This document shows positions 1 to 9,113 of a stretch of 24,346 nt of DNA, piece by piece. The DNA is from Candidatus Heimdallarchaeota archaeon. Lineage in GTDB: Archaea; Asgardarchaeota; Heimdallarchaeia; JABLTI01. How positions within the stretch are numbered: the first letter of the stretch is position 1; each line of letters opens with the position of its first letter. Location: NCBI GenBank assembly GCA_019058275.1, contig JAHLVW010000071.1:1-24346 (forward strand), given 5' to 3'. A program made the position numbers and the translations under genes. Under the pieces are notes generated by a model. The model was not told the origin of the DNA. It did no database searches and worked only from the letters and a program-made list of their open reading frames with translations.

Positions 1-2
1 GA

Positions 3-629
3 TTAGATCCAGACCTATGGGATGATAAGGACCTAAACTGGGAAGAACGATTTGGTTTCGGTCCAGGATGGGATGGTTTAGATCAATGGAGAATCAGATT
101 TATTCCAGACCAACAATCCTAATTGCTCGAATTAGAAGCAGGTAAAGTAGATATTGATTTTGTTGGATGGAATCCACAAGCAAGAGACGATTTAGATGCT
201 GATCCAGACTTCACTATACAAAGTGATACAACTTACAGTTTTGGTTTCTTCGGATACAACATGCGAGAGGTAAGAACTGTTATTGGCAACCGTGACCCAT
301 GTCCATTAGACCCAAGTCTAACTAAAGGTCTAGCCGTTAGAAAAGCTATCTCTTATGCAGTTGACAGACAAGAAATCAATGATGTTATTCACAGAGGTGA
401 ATACGCAATTTCTGATACTCCACTCTATCCAAAGATGGGTGTCTGGAACAATCCAGACATTATCAGATACAACTTCGACCTTGACAAAGCACGATACTAC
501 ATGACCATTGCTGGATACGATATTGATTACACAATAACAAATCCAGGATTTACTTACTGGATGACTTTTTCAGCAATAGTAGTTGTTGCAACAGTTTCTA
601 TCTTTAGTATTAGAAAGAAGAAAAAATAG
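3..629 (+). pseudogene. ABC peptide/nickel transporter substrate-binding protein (SBP family 5, DppA/OppA-like), 3' part with C-terminal TM anchor; 5'-truncated by window edge and interrupted by in-frame TAA at 120-122
   Basis: Frame 3 is open from position 3: LDPDLWDD...WRIRFIPDQQS*LLELEAGKVD. Family-5 motifs IPD...LLELEAGxVD, AVRKAISYAVDRQEI and RYNFDLDKA are present. It ends in a hydrophobic helix plus RKKKK. CAA>TAA would explain the stop; it could also be a sequencing error. Confidence 0.8.
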
Positions 630-648
630 ACCATTAAATCTATTCAGA

Positions 649-680
649 AAGCAGGGGTTCATTCCCTGCTTCTTTTTCTT
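649..680 (+). terminator. Hairpin + T-rich tract, probable intrinsic terminator
   Basis: AAGCAGGG (649-656), loop GTTCATT, CCCTGCTT (664-671), then CTTTTTCTT, about 20 nt after the SBP stop. Confidence 0.65.
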
Positions 681-758
681 ATAGAAAATTGAAGTAATTA
701 GAAAAATACTTGAACCTATTTTGATGTTAATAAATATACAGTACTGGAGTTCAGACAG

Positions 759-1454
759 TTGAAGAAGAAACACTTACTTACTATAGGAATTCTTACGCTT
801 ATCATATTAAGCTCAATACCTACTTCAGTTAACAGAAAAGGGTTGGATATGAATCCAAGATTAGCAAAGGGTATAGATTTTGAGAGCTCTGTTATTCTTA
901 TTGCTTATGAGTATCATATAATTTCACTCTCTATTTCCAAAGGTCAAGCTATAAGTGGTGATTGGGAGGCTACACCAACAGATGTTGTTTCAACTGCTTT
1001 TTTAGTTTTTATTGTTGATTCAGAAAATCTTGAGGTATGGAAAGCTAGCAGTAATTTAAGCCAAGCAGTGAGTAGAATACCAGCAAGTGATCTGTTGTAT
1101 CTGTATGATCCATTATTGAGAGTTGATGATATCCCCCTTGATAATCGTCGTAGTGGAACTTTTCAAACTAAGGTTCCTTATACTGATAATTGGTCTTTGG
1201 TTCTTTATGCTGGTCCAACAGCTATACCATTGACATTCAGCTGGCACATTTCAGTAGTTGAAGGCAGATTACTTGATATTGTACTTTACTCTTTGATTGG
1301 AACCTTCGGTATTGTAGCAATCACTCTTTTCACAGTGAAAGTTCTAAGAGATAAGAGAGTCTCTTATGAAGTGGAACTGGAAAAGATTAGAAAAGAAGAA
1401 GCAGAAAGAGAGGAACAAGTTCGTCAATTAGAAGAGCCAAACGAAGACTATTAA
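759..1454 (+). CDS. Type I membrane protein with extracellular beta-sandwich, possibly GOLD/p24-like
   Basis: TTG start after GGAG. Signal peptide MKKKHLLTIGILTLIILSS; beta-strand-patterned ectodomain (YHIISLSISKGQAISGDW...LVFIVD...SGTFQTKVPYTDNWSLVLY); TM IVLYSLIGTFGIVAITLFTV; charged cytosolic tail. Topology is solid, the GOLD call is tentative. Confidence 0.6.
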   Translation: MKKKHLLTIGILTLIILSSIPTSVNRKGLDMNPRLAKGIDFESSVILIAYEYHIISLSISKGQAISGDWEATPTDVVSTAFLVFIVDSENLEVWKASSNLSQAVSRIPASDLLYLYDPLLRVDDIPLDNRRSGTFQTKVPYTDNWSLVLYAGPTAIPLTFSWHISVVEGRLLDIVLYSLIGTFGIVAITLFTVKVLRDKRVSYEVELEKIRKEEAEREEQVRQLEEPNEDY

Positions 1455-1487
1455 AATTCAGGTTTCAAATTTAGAAGTGAGAGTTAA

Positions 1488-2756
1488 TTGTCAAATAGTA
1501 GTTTAAATATGTCATCCTCTCCTTCCGAGATAAATCGTAACTTATGTCAAAAATGTCAAGGTTTTAGAAAATTATGTGGGAAAGGAATTTGTCCCATTTT
1601 TGTTAAAGCAAAATCAATTGCTGAAATTCAAAAGACTTTTTCTAAAACAGATTTCTTCGGTGCTTCACCTCCTAGCTTTTTCGTAGGTGAATATGGTTAT
1701 CCTAGAGTTTTTATTGGTCCATTGGTTCCACCTTTGGCTTCTGTAGATACTTCTATTTATGATGCAGAAGAACAATGGATTTTCAAAACAATGGATGAAA
1801 TTGTAGGCTATAGAATGTCACTTGTAAGAGGAAAGAAAGCTGTCAAAATTAAAAGTGCAAGAGATCCAAGTAAACTTCTAGAAATCACTCAAGAATTAGT
1901 TATGTCAAGCAAACCTGTAGATACTGAGATGTCTTTCATTAAGCGCCCTAAACTGGACATTGATTTTTCACCTCGAGTTGCTCCCTCAGGTCCGTCCGGA
2001 ATTATAAAGAAAGCGCAACTCACTGAAAATCCAAAAATCCCTAGAGTTGTGGATAAAGTGGTGAGTGATACTGATTTGAAAGCTATAGGAGGAGTAACGA
2101 AGCTTTACGATGATAAAATAAATCAAAGACATATAACACGAATGCTTTCAGCAGGATTATTTGGAGTGAAGAAAAATCGAAGACTAGTTCCAACAACTTG
2201 GTCAATAACTGCTGTTGATGATATTTTAGGTAAACGATTATGGAAAAAGATACTGAATAAAGATTGGATTAATAACGTTCGTATTTTTAGTCATAAAGCA
2301 CTTGGGAATTTAGTAGTCATTTTCTTATATCCTTCTGGATGGATGTTTGAAGCTTTTGAGTACTGGTTTATAGGTTCAGGAGATGCCATGGCTATAGATT
2401 GGGAAACTTGGAAAGGTCGAAAAACCTATGCTAAAGATGTTGTCGGGGCATACTACTGCACAAGATTTCAAGTCTTGGAATATCTTGAGTACATTCAAAG
2501 ACAAGCTGGTTGTTTCGTGTTTATGGAAGTCGATAAAGAATGGATACCAACTGGTGTTTGGAGATTTAGAGAAATTGCTAGAGAAGCATTGAAGAAGAGA
2601 CCCTTAGTTTTCGATGCTGTGGAACAGGGATTTTTGGGACTAAAGAAGATTATACAGTATCCTCTCGAGAAATATTTGGAGAAAAGTAATACTTACAAAA
2701 TTATTAGATCACAAAGAACTCTCAAGGATTATTTCCCTAAAGATATTCATGGATAA
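1488..2756 (+). CDS. nreA: Archaeal DNA repair protein Nre (NreA family)
   Basis: N-terminal CQKCQG..LCGKGICP, motifs SPPSFFVGEYGYPRVFIGPLVPP, RRLVPTTWSITAVDD and GVWRFRE, and C-terminal PCNA-binding PIP box QRTLKDYF. Alternative start at ATG 1509. Confidence 0.92.
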   Translation: MSNSSLNMSSSPSEINRNLCQKCQGFRKLCGKGICPIFVKAKSIAEIQKTFSKTDFFGASPPSFFVGEYGYPRVFIGPLVPPLASVDTSIYDAEEQWIFKTMDEIVGYRMSLVRGKKAVKIKSARDPSKLLEITQELVMSSKPVDTEMSFIKRPKLDIDFSPRVAPSGPSGIIKKAQLTENPKIPRVVDKVVSDTDLKAIGGVTKLYDDKINQRHITRMLSAGLFGVKKNRRLVPTTWSITAVDDILGKRLWKKILNKDWINNVRIFSHKALGNLVVIFLYPSGWMFEAFEYWFIGSGDAMAIDWETWKGRKTYAKDVVGAYYCTRFQVLEYLEYIQRQAGCFVFMEVDKEWIPTGVWRFREIAREALKKRPLVFDAVEQGFLGLKKIIQYPLEKYLEKSNTYKIIRSQRTLKDYFPKDIHG

Positions 2757-2779
2757 GAAAAGAAGAAAGAGGATTAAGC

Positions 2780-4351
2780 TTATTTCTTCCTCTTTTTACT
2801 CATTCTATATGACATTGCTTGAACACGATCTGCTGCACTAGCTTTACCCATAGTTTCTTCCACCATAATTTCATCCATTTCAGCTAGCTCATCAGCAAGA
2901 TACTCTTGTGCTACAGCAGCTGCTGGAGCAACTCTGGACAAATTGGCTTGCATTTTGACCATCATATCTTTACTCTTCTTGCGGTCTTTTTGCATGACTT
3001 GGGCAGCTCTTTGAACTGTATAGTCAGCAATAAGGTCAGCATCCAAGCTTTTCTCGAGTTCTTCTTTTAACCCGGTAACTTCTAATTCTTGTTCAATGAC
3101 CCTAATTCGCTCATTATCATCTTCATCTTTGTAACGAATTTGGACTTGGACTGGAACTTTCTTACGATCTTTGACTTTCTTCTTAGGTTTAAATTCAAAA
3201 GCGATAGATCGTGACTTTGTTAGACCACCTAAGGAAATATCTTCTCCTCGTTTGTAGTCTATGTCTCTAGTTCCTGCACCACTAACAGTTGAAAGCTCTA
3301 ACTCATCTGGTACGATAATTTTGATCCTTGCATTACGACCAATGATTTCATCATCAGCAATTAAGCCAAAACTATCTGCGAGTTCTGTAAGATCTGCATA
3401 GAACAAATCTCCACCAGTGATTTCTGGCATTTGAGCTAGTGATTTAAGTTCTAGTGAACCTTCACCTGCAATTCCAACTAAGTCAAGAACTATACCATTC
3501 TTTTTCATTTCTTCAGCAATCATTTGATAGAATTTCCTTCCTTCTGGGCTTGCACCAGAAAGACTGCCTATTCCCTCATTAGCCATACCATCTGTAAGCA
3601 TGAGGATTCTACCTGTTCCTGCTGAAAGTGACATAATCCTGGCTGCAACAACTGCTGGACCTAAAGCTGTTGAACTTAAGGCTTGCATTTTTTGGATTGT
3701 TTTTTGCCAGTCTTTTGCAGTTGTCTTCATAGTCATTTTTGATAGTTGCTTTTTCACCCAACTGTTGTTAGCAACTTGTTTTTCGATAGCTTTGACATCA
3801 TACAGTGTGTCTCCGCTAAGGGTTTCAACTACTTCTCCATCTGGAGAGTAGATTCGTAAGGAACTTTCAAAGGTTACCATGCCAAATAATGCATCTTGTT
3901 TTGTTTTGGAATAAGCTTTCAGAGTTGAAATTAGACTTTGTTTAACTCCTTCTAATTTCGATCCACTCATTGATCCGGAAACATCTAAAGCAGCAATTAA
4001 GGAATTGCCTTTTTGTAAGCCAGCTCCAAATTCAGGTTTGGTTGTGTCAGGAGGAATCAACCAACCAGCGTATGCATTGATATCGTTTGGCAAGTCTTTG
4101 GGGTCAATAACGTTGATAGCTCCACAGTATTGGCAGTTAAAAAATGTGCCAACATTTGAATCAGTTTCAATGTGTTTTACATTAGTTATGATTGCTCCAC
4201 AGTTAGAGCAAATAATTGGCTTCCCCTTGATTTCAGGTTTAGCTTCATCTAATTCATTAAATGATACTTCCCCAACAAGAGGAATGTCTTCTAAGAGTTT
4301 CTCTGAAGCGGGTATTTTATCGCCCGTAGAGAATTTCATTCCTTTAACCAT
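2780..4351 (-). CDS. Sec23/Sec24-like protein: zf-Sec23/24 Zn finger + vWA (intact MIDAS) + beta-sandwich + short helical region
   Basis: PIICSNCGA...FNCQYCGAIN Zn finger; DVSGS, STALGPA and LTDG MIDAS elements; VPVQVQIRY...RIRVIEQELEVT resembles the end of the Sec23 beta-sandwich. Start at ATG 4351 (GTG 4360 possible); TATA-like sequence at about 4375-4391. Confidence 0.8.
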   Translation of the reverse strand: MVKGMKFSTGDKIPASEKLLEDIPLVGEVSFNELDEAKPEIKGKPIICSNCGAIITNVKHIETDSNVGTFFNCQYCGAINVIDPKDLPNDINAYAGWLIPPDTTKPEFGAGLQKGNSLIAALDVSGSMSGSKLEGVKQSLISTLKAYSKTKQDALFGMVTFESSLRIYSPDGEVVETLSGDTLYDVKAIEKQVANNSWVKKQLSKMTMKTTAKDWQKTIQKMQALSSTALGPAVVAARIMSLSAGTGRILMLTDGMANEGIGSLSGASPEGRKFYQMIAEEMKKNGIVLDLVGIAGEGSLELKSLAQMPEITGGDLFYADLTELADSFGLIADDEIIGRNARIKIIVPDELELSTVSGAGTRDIDYKRGEDISLGGLTKSRSIAFEFKPKKKVKDRKKVPVQVQIRYKDEDDNERIRVIEQELEVTGLKEELEKSLDADLIADYTVQRAAQVMQKDRKKSKDMMVKMQANLSRVAPAAAVAQEYLADELAEMDEIMVEETMGKASAADRVQAMSYRMSKKRKK

Positions 4352-4451
4352 TGTAATCACTGTCTCAACAACTCATATTTAAATATATAAAGACATGTAA
4401 TTGCTAAAATTGTCGGTAAAAAGAGATTTGTAGTTAAAAAAAAGTAAAATT

Positions 4452-5504
4452 TTATGAGGGCTTAATTTCACTTAGCAATCTATGAACTACCTGCATAAGT
4501 TTAGCTTTCTTCTCATCATCTGATAAATTAACATCACTTAAATACTCAATTAACTCGTTAAAAGCGTCTTTCATAAATTTACGAGAAGCAATCGAGCCAG
4601 AAATATTCAGAAGTCTTGATCGTAAAGTTTGGATAATTTCGTATGTTTTAAGAGAAAGAATACCTTGTTCTCGTTTTAGTATGTAAAGTTCTTTGCCAGT
4701 ATCAAAACTAATCTTTTCTTGCTCTGCTAGATTCCTTTCAATTTCTGTTAATTCAAGTTCAAGTATATCCCTTGTGAACTTGCTAGGGATTTTTTCCATG
4801 AAAATGTTGTAATCCTTTGCTAAGGATTTTAAATTTTGATGTTGTTTTCTACTAACTGAAAAATATAACATTATTCTAGGGGAGCTTTTAGTAGTATCAA
4901 AAGCATCAATTAGTTCAGTATCTAGCACAGGATCATCATCGGGGATAAATCCACCCTTTAACTTGTGATCTTCCTCATCCTGTTCACGTTGCATTAAGAA
5001 CCTAGTTCGATAATAGTCTAAATCATCTTCCCAACTTTCAGTTTCAAGAAAATGAATGTCACTTAAGAAGTGCTGAACCTGTTCTTGAAGTGGTTCAGTA
5101 GAAGGTCTTTTTAGTTCCTCTTGAAAACTCAAAAATTTGAGAGCTAGATTTTTTCTCTCCTCTATGAGCAAATCAAGTTTCTCCCTGAGAAAACTCAGTG
5201 CAGTACCAGACGTTTCATCAGTTTCCCGTAAGCTATAAACTACTTTTTTTGTTTCGTTAAGTTGCCTTTCTCTTTTGTTAGTAGTTTTCAGTTCTTCAAG
5301 CAATTTTAATCTAACAGGAATTTCATCAATTTTAGCTGTCAAATAACTTACAAGTTTTTTGAATTGATCATCTTCAAGATGAATTAAATCAGATAAATTA
5401 GTTTGAGTTATTGATAGAAGATTCAAAGTGGCATCTGTTGCAAACAATCTGATTTGATGTTGATCTTTATCAGATGATTTCTTTTTTTGAGAACGTTTAA
5501 ACAA
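4452..5504 (-). CDS. Soluble coiled-coil protein, possibly a stand-alone A/V-type ATPase subunit I N-terminal-like domain
   Basis: 350 aa ORF, TTG start after GGTG, no TM segment, long heptad-patterned helices. The CDS is confident; the homology is a weak pattern match only. Confidence 0.6.
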   Translation of the reverse strand: MFKRSQKKKSSDKDQHQIRLFATDATLNLLSITQTNLSDLIHLEDDQFKKLVSYLTAKIDEIPVRLKLLEELKTTNKRERQLNETKKVVYSLRETDETSGTALSFLREKLDLLIEERKNLALKFLSFQEELKRPSTEPLQEQVQHFLSDIHFLETESWEDDLDYYRTRFLMQREQDEEDHKLKGGFIPDDDPVLDTELIDAFDTTKSSPRIMLYFSVSRKQHQNLKSLAKDYNIFMEKIPSKFTRDILELELTEIERNLAEQEKISFDTGKELYILKREQGILSLKTYEIIQTLRSRLLNISGSIASRKFMKDAFNELIEYLSDVNLSDDEKKAKLMQVVHRLLSEIKPS

Positions 5505-5541
5505 TTAGATGCACCAAGTTAATTTCTAAACAATTTTAAAC

Positions 5542-7026
5542 TTATGATTCTACTTTCTTCTTTTCTTGTAATTTAATTGTAATGATACTTCCTATTGTCA
5601 TAACAACAATGAGAACAGGTAACAAAATAAGTGTCGTTAATGACCCTTCAACACCTAACTTTACATCAGTTATCAGGTTCCAAAAGAATATGCCAAAAAG
5701 TGTTAGGGAGATAAGAAATCCTAGAAGAGGTAGTATGAAGTTTGCCTTTATTTCCTTTCTTAGAATTAAACTAGCTAGAGCAATTACCGCAAATAGCAAC
5801 AGGAATATTGAACTCGCTAAATGAGCAATCTGTTTAAGATCAAGTACCAGAGTAAAAACCAGTGTTATTCCACTTATAGTTAGTATGCTAATGAATGGAA
5901 CTCTACTTTTCTTTGAAACAATTTGAAAGAAATTGGGGAAGATTCCTTCACGAGCCATTACATAGGTTAATCTTGAAGAGCCATACAATGAAGCATTAAA
6001 TGCGCTTGCTGTTGAAAAAAGTGCACCAAGAGTTATGATTATGAATCCTGTTTTCCCTAAAACTGGTTCTGCAGCTATTGCTAAAGCATATTCTGCTTTA
6101 TCAGGATCATTAGCAAATATCGTATATTTTGTTCCTCCGAGTGCTGTAAAAGCTACTAGAAGATAGAGTATTGTTGCTATGATAACTGTTCCAAATATTG
6201 ATCGTGGGATGTTCTTTTCAGGATTCTGAATTTCTTCAGAAGCATTAGGTATTAGTTCCATTCCTTCAAATGCTACAAATAGTATTGATGTTCCTACTAT
6301 TGCCATTGCTATACCTGTTCCAACATCTAGTCCGTTACCTTCTGTATCACCAAAGAAGGGTTTCAGATTTGTTGGTGCATTCTTTATGGCTGGATAAATT
6401 GTTATTACAATAAATAGAACAAGAATTACTACTTTAATTAGCACAATAATATTTTGTGATTTTCCAGTTTCCTTAACTCCCACTAAATTAATTGCTGTTG
6501 ATAAAATTATCATTACTGCAGCTAAGACTGATGTCACTATTTTAACAGTCGTTGCAGAAGCACCTTCTCCAAGAACCATATGTGCAAAAAATGATCCAAA
6601 AGTATAAGCATATAAGGCACAAGATGCTAGATAACCAGTCCATAGTAACCAACCAAAGGCACCACCAAAGTATTTACCAAATGCTTCTCTACAATAGGTA
6701 TAGCTTCCACCGGCAGATTGGTATCTCAAAGCTAATTTTGAATACGAATAAGCAATGAATATAGCTAAAACACCTCCAAAAGTAAAGGACAGAATAACGG
6801 CTGGACCTGCAAAACCAGCAGCAATACCCAAAACACTGAAGACACCTCCACCTATTGTTCCACCTAAACCAATGCTCAGTGCTTCTTTGAATCCAAGTTC
6901 TCGAGATAATTCTCTTTTAGAGACAATACTGGTTTCAATTGATCCATGTGAGAATGTACTTACCTGCCCATCTTTCTGTCTTGAAAGTTCAAGGGTTTCA
7001 ATGTTCGCATCTTTTGAATCAGTCAT
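5542..7026 (-). CDS. APC-superfamily amino acid permease
   Basis: LSRELG...IGLGGTIGGGVF (TM1 motif), AGPAVILSF, SAGGSYTY, FVAFEGME...SEEIQNPEKNIPRSI, SRLTYVMAREGIFP; about 12 hydrophobic segments. Confidence 0.93.
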   Translation of the reverse strand: MTDSKDANIETLELSRQKDGQVSTFSHGSIETSIVSKRELSRELGFKEALSIGLGGTIGGGVFSVLGIAAGFAGPAVILSFTFGGVLAIFIAYSYSKLALRYQSAGGSYTYCREAFGKYFGGAFGWLLWTGYLASCALYAYTFGSFFAHMVLGEGASATTVKIVTSVLAAVMIILSTAINLVGVKETGKSQNIIVLIKVVILVLFIVITIYPAIKNAPTNLKPFFGDTEGNGLDVGTGIAMAIVGTSILFVAFEGMELIPNASEEIQNPEKNIPRSIFGTVIIATILYLLVAFTALGGTKYTIFANDPDKAEYALAIAAEPVLGKTGFIIITLGALFSTASAFNASLYGSSRLTYVMAREGIFPNFFQIVSKKSRVPFISILTISGITLVFTLVLDLKQIAHLASSIFLLLFAVIALASLILRKEIKANFILPLLGFLISLTLFGIFFWNLITDVKLGVEGSLTTLILLPVLIVVMTIGSIITIKLQEKKKVES

Positions 7027-7135
7027 AGTATTGCCCTTCTTTTGTTTTTAACTTTATTTCGCTTCTTTTTTTTGTTGATTCTTAAAAACTTACGGATTAA
7101 TTAGAATGTCACATAGTAAAGAGAATTCATATTTG

Positions 7136-8041
7136 TTAACAGAGATCTTTGTGAAAAATCACTACTACTGGGCATTTGCTTTTATGATAAATTTCATTTG
7201 TATCAGTACCAAACAGTCCTAAAAATCTTCTTGGAACATAAGGAATACCCATTACAGCTAAATCTGCATTCTCTTTATTGACAAAGTGACTAACAGAACG
7301 ACCAATATCTCTACCAATAATTACTTGAGTGCTCATAGGATAAAGCAACATGGTGGTATACATTCCTGCTTGTTTCACAAACTCTTTTTCCTCTTCAATA
7401 ATTAGCTTATCATCATCAGCGATATAAGGAACTGTTTCAGGAACAATGATAACATGTAAGAGAGTAATATCTGCATCTCGAGATCTTCCTGCATTGGCAA
7501 TAGCAATAGCAATCTGAACTGCTGAAACCTCACATGGATTGCTAGATCCTATTGGAACTACGATTTTCCTTGGTTCTACATGAGTTCCATAAGTAACCCA
7601 ATCTTTAACTGGAGAACGAATAATCATCACTGAATGACGACTTCTTCTTGCAACACGTTCAGCAATGCTTCCAGCAAATCTTTGAAATAGTCCTTTACGA
7701 CGACTCATCATGATAGTTAATTTTGGAGTTAGTTGATTGATTTCTTCTAGAATAGCTTCATCTGGTCTTATTTTCTTATCTTTTATAACAATGTCAAGTT
7801 TAACGTTAAATTCCTGCGCTTTTTTCTTCAACCACTCAAGTTCTTTGTAAAAATATTCCTCAGTTTTTGTTGAATTGCTTGCTTGATGAAAGACATAAAG
7901 ACTTGTACCAAAATACTCAGCTGTTACGAGAGCAATAAACATTGCATCCCGTTCTGATGGATAACCCATTAATGGGAGTAAGATCTTATCTCCTGGGGCA
8001 CCAAATAGTCCAGAGTCCAAAATATTTGTATGATAAGTCAT
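7136..8041 (-). CDS. Universal stress protein with two tandem USP domains
   Basis: Domain 1: KILLPL...FH...GSIAERVARRSRHSVMII. Domain 2: KIVVPI...ITLLHV...ADLAVMG...LFGTDTNEIYHKSKCPVVV. USP next to an APC permease is a common pairing. Confidence 0.88.
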   Translation of the reverse strand: MTYHTNILDSGLFGAPGDKILLPLMGYPSERDAMFIALVTAEYFGTSLYVFHQASNSTKTEEYFYKELEWLKKKAQEFNVKLDIVIKDKKIRPDEAILEEINQLTPKLTIMMSRRKGLFQRFAGSIAERVARRSRHSVMIIRSPVKDWVTYGTHVEPRKIVVPIGSSNPCEVSAVQIAIAIANAGRSRDADITLLHVIIVPETVPYIADDDKLIIEEEKEFVKQAGMYTTMLLYPMSTQVIIGRDIGRSVSHFVNKENADLAVMGIPYVPRRFLGLFGTDTNEIYHKSKCPVVVIFHKDLC

Positions 8042-8252
8042 ATATTAACAAGAGTCTCCTATGATATTTATAACTAAAGACATGAAATAGTTTTTTCCAC
8101 AGTTGTATTGTTATGATCTTACACTCAAATATATTTAACTCAAGAAGAGAATATTTTATGTCTGTAAAAGTCCTATAAGCAAAGGTTTTTTATTGAAAGC
8201 ACTAAAATTAAGATAATTTCAGTAAAGTACTGTTTCGAAGGAAGGATACCAT

Positions 8253-8855
8253 TTGAACGATCCAACAGTTCAAACTAGCTTCGATTACCTTTTTAAGACG
8301 ATAGTTGTAGGTGATGGTGCAGTTGGAAAAACAGCGATAACGATTAGATATGCTACTGATAAATTCCAAGAAAATTACAAGATGACTATTGGTGTAGATT
8401 TTACGATAAAAATGCTAAAAGTCAAAGATAAGCAAATTAAATGCCAGATTTGGGATACTGGTGGACAAGAACGATTTTCAAAGATTAGACCTCTCTACTA
8501 TCGGGGAGCTTTAGGTGGATTAGTTGTTTATGATGTTACAAACCGAGAATCTTTTGAGAATTTAGAGAAATGGTTCGGTGAAATAGAGAAAAATTGCATT
8601 AGAAAAGTCCCAATTATCCTTGTAGGAAACAAAATTGACTTGGAAAAAAGAAAAGTAAAGAAAAAAGAAGCAAAAGCATATGCAGCTAAAAAGTCAAAAG
8701 ATTTTGGTTACGAAATTACTTATCTCGAAACTTCTGCAAAAACAGGGGAAACCATCAAAAAAGTGTTTACTAACTTGATTTACATGATGGTTGAAGAAGC
8801 GGAAATATCTATGAAAAAGAAGGAAAAAGCAAAACAAGAAAAGAAAATAAAGTAA
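8253..8855 (+). CDS. Rab-like small GTPase (Ras superfamily)
   Basis: G1 GDGAVGKT, G2 T, G3 WDTGGQ, G4 NKID, G5 ETSAK. RabF1 IGVDF, F2 KCQIW, F3 RFSKIR, F4 YYRGA, F5 VVYDVT; N-terminal FDYLFK. Confidence 0.95.
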   Translation: MNDPTVQTSFDYLFKTIVVGDGAVGKTAITIRYATDKFQENYKMTIGVDFTIKMLKVKDKQIKCQIWDTGGQERFSKIRPLYYRGALGGLVVYDVTNRESFENLEKWFGEIEKNCIRKVPIILVGNKIDLEKRKVKKKEAKAYAAKKSKDFGYEITYLETSAKTGETIKKVFTNLIYMMVEEAEISMKKKEKAKQEKKIK

Positions 8856-8921
8856 AAAAAGAAGAACCTTTTTTTAAGAACCCTTAATCAAGATCCCTCA
8901 GCTTTTGGTGTTGAATGATTC

Positions 8922-9065
8922 TTATGGACCAGGTGTAATGAATGGTGGTGCCTCATCTGGTGGACCGATAGCTAATGTAACAGTTAACCAGAGTAAAATT
9001 ATTGCTCCAAACAACAAGAATGCACCCAATCGTTTGTTATTGAATATTTTCTTCATTTTTTTCAT
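8922..9065 (-). CDS. Small secreted/membrane peptide, 47 aa (44 aa from second ATG at 9056), not in ORF track
   Basis: MKKMKKIFNNKRLGAFLLFGAIILLWLTVTLAIGPPDEAPPFITPGP*. SD GGAGGT at 9073-9068, TATA TTTAAATA at 9121-9114; classic n-/h-region signal-peptide layout. Confidence 0.75.
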   Translation of the reverse strand: MKKMKKIFNNKRLGAFLLFGAIILLWLTVTLAIGPPDEAPPFITPGP

Positions 9066-9113
9066 TGACCTCCGCAAGGAGAAAGTTTCTCGATTGAACC
9101 ACTAGCATTTTTT

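Noticed and set aside
600-629. C-terminal RKKKK of the SBP as a COPI KKxx retrieval signal
   Set aside because: Basic tails after C-terminal anchors are standard positive-inside topology signals in archaea.
8905-9105. Plus-strand 66-aa ORF in the track
   Set aside because: Antisense shadow of the minus-strand micro-ORF, which has the SD, TATA box and signal-peptide features.
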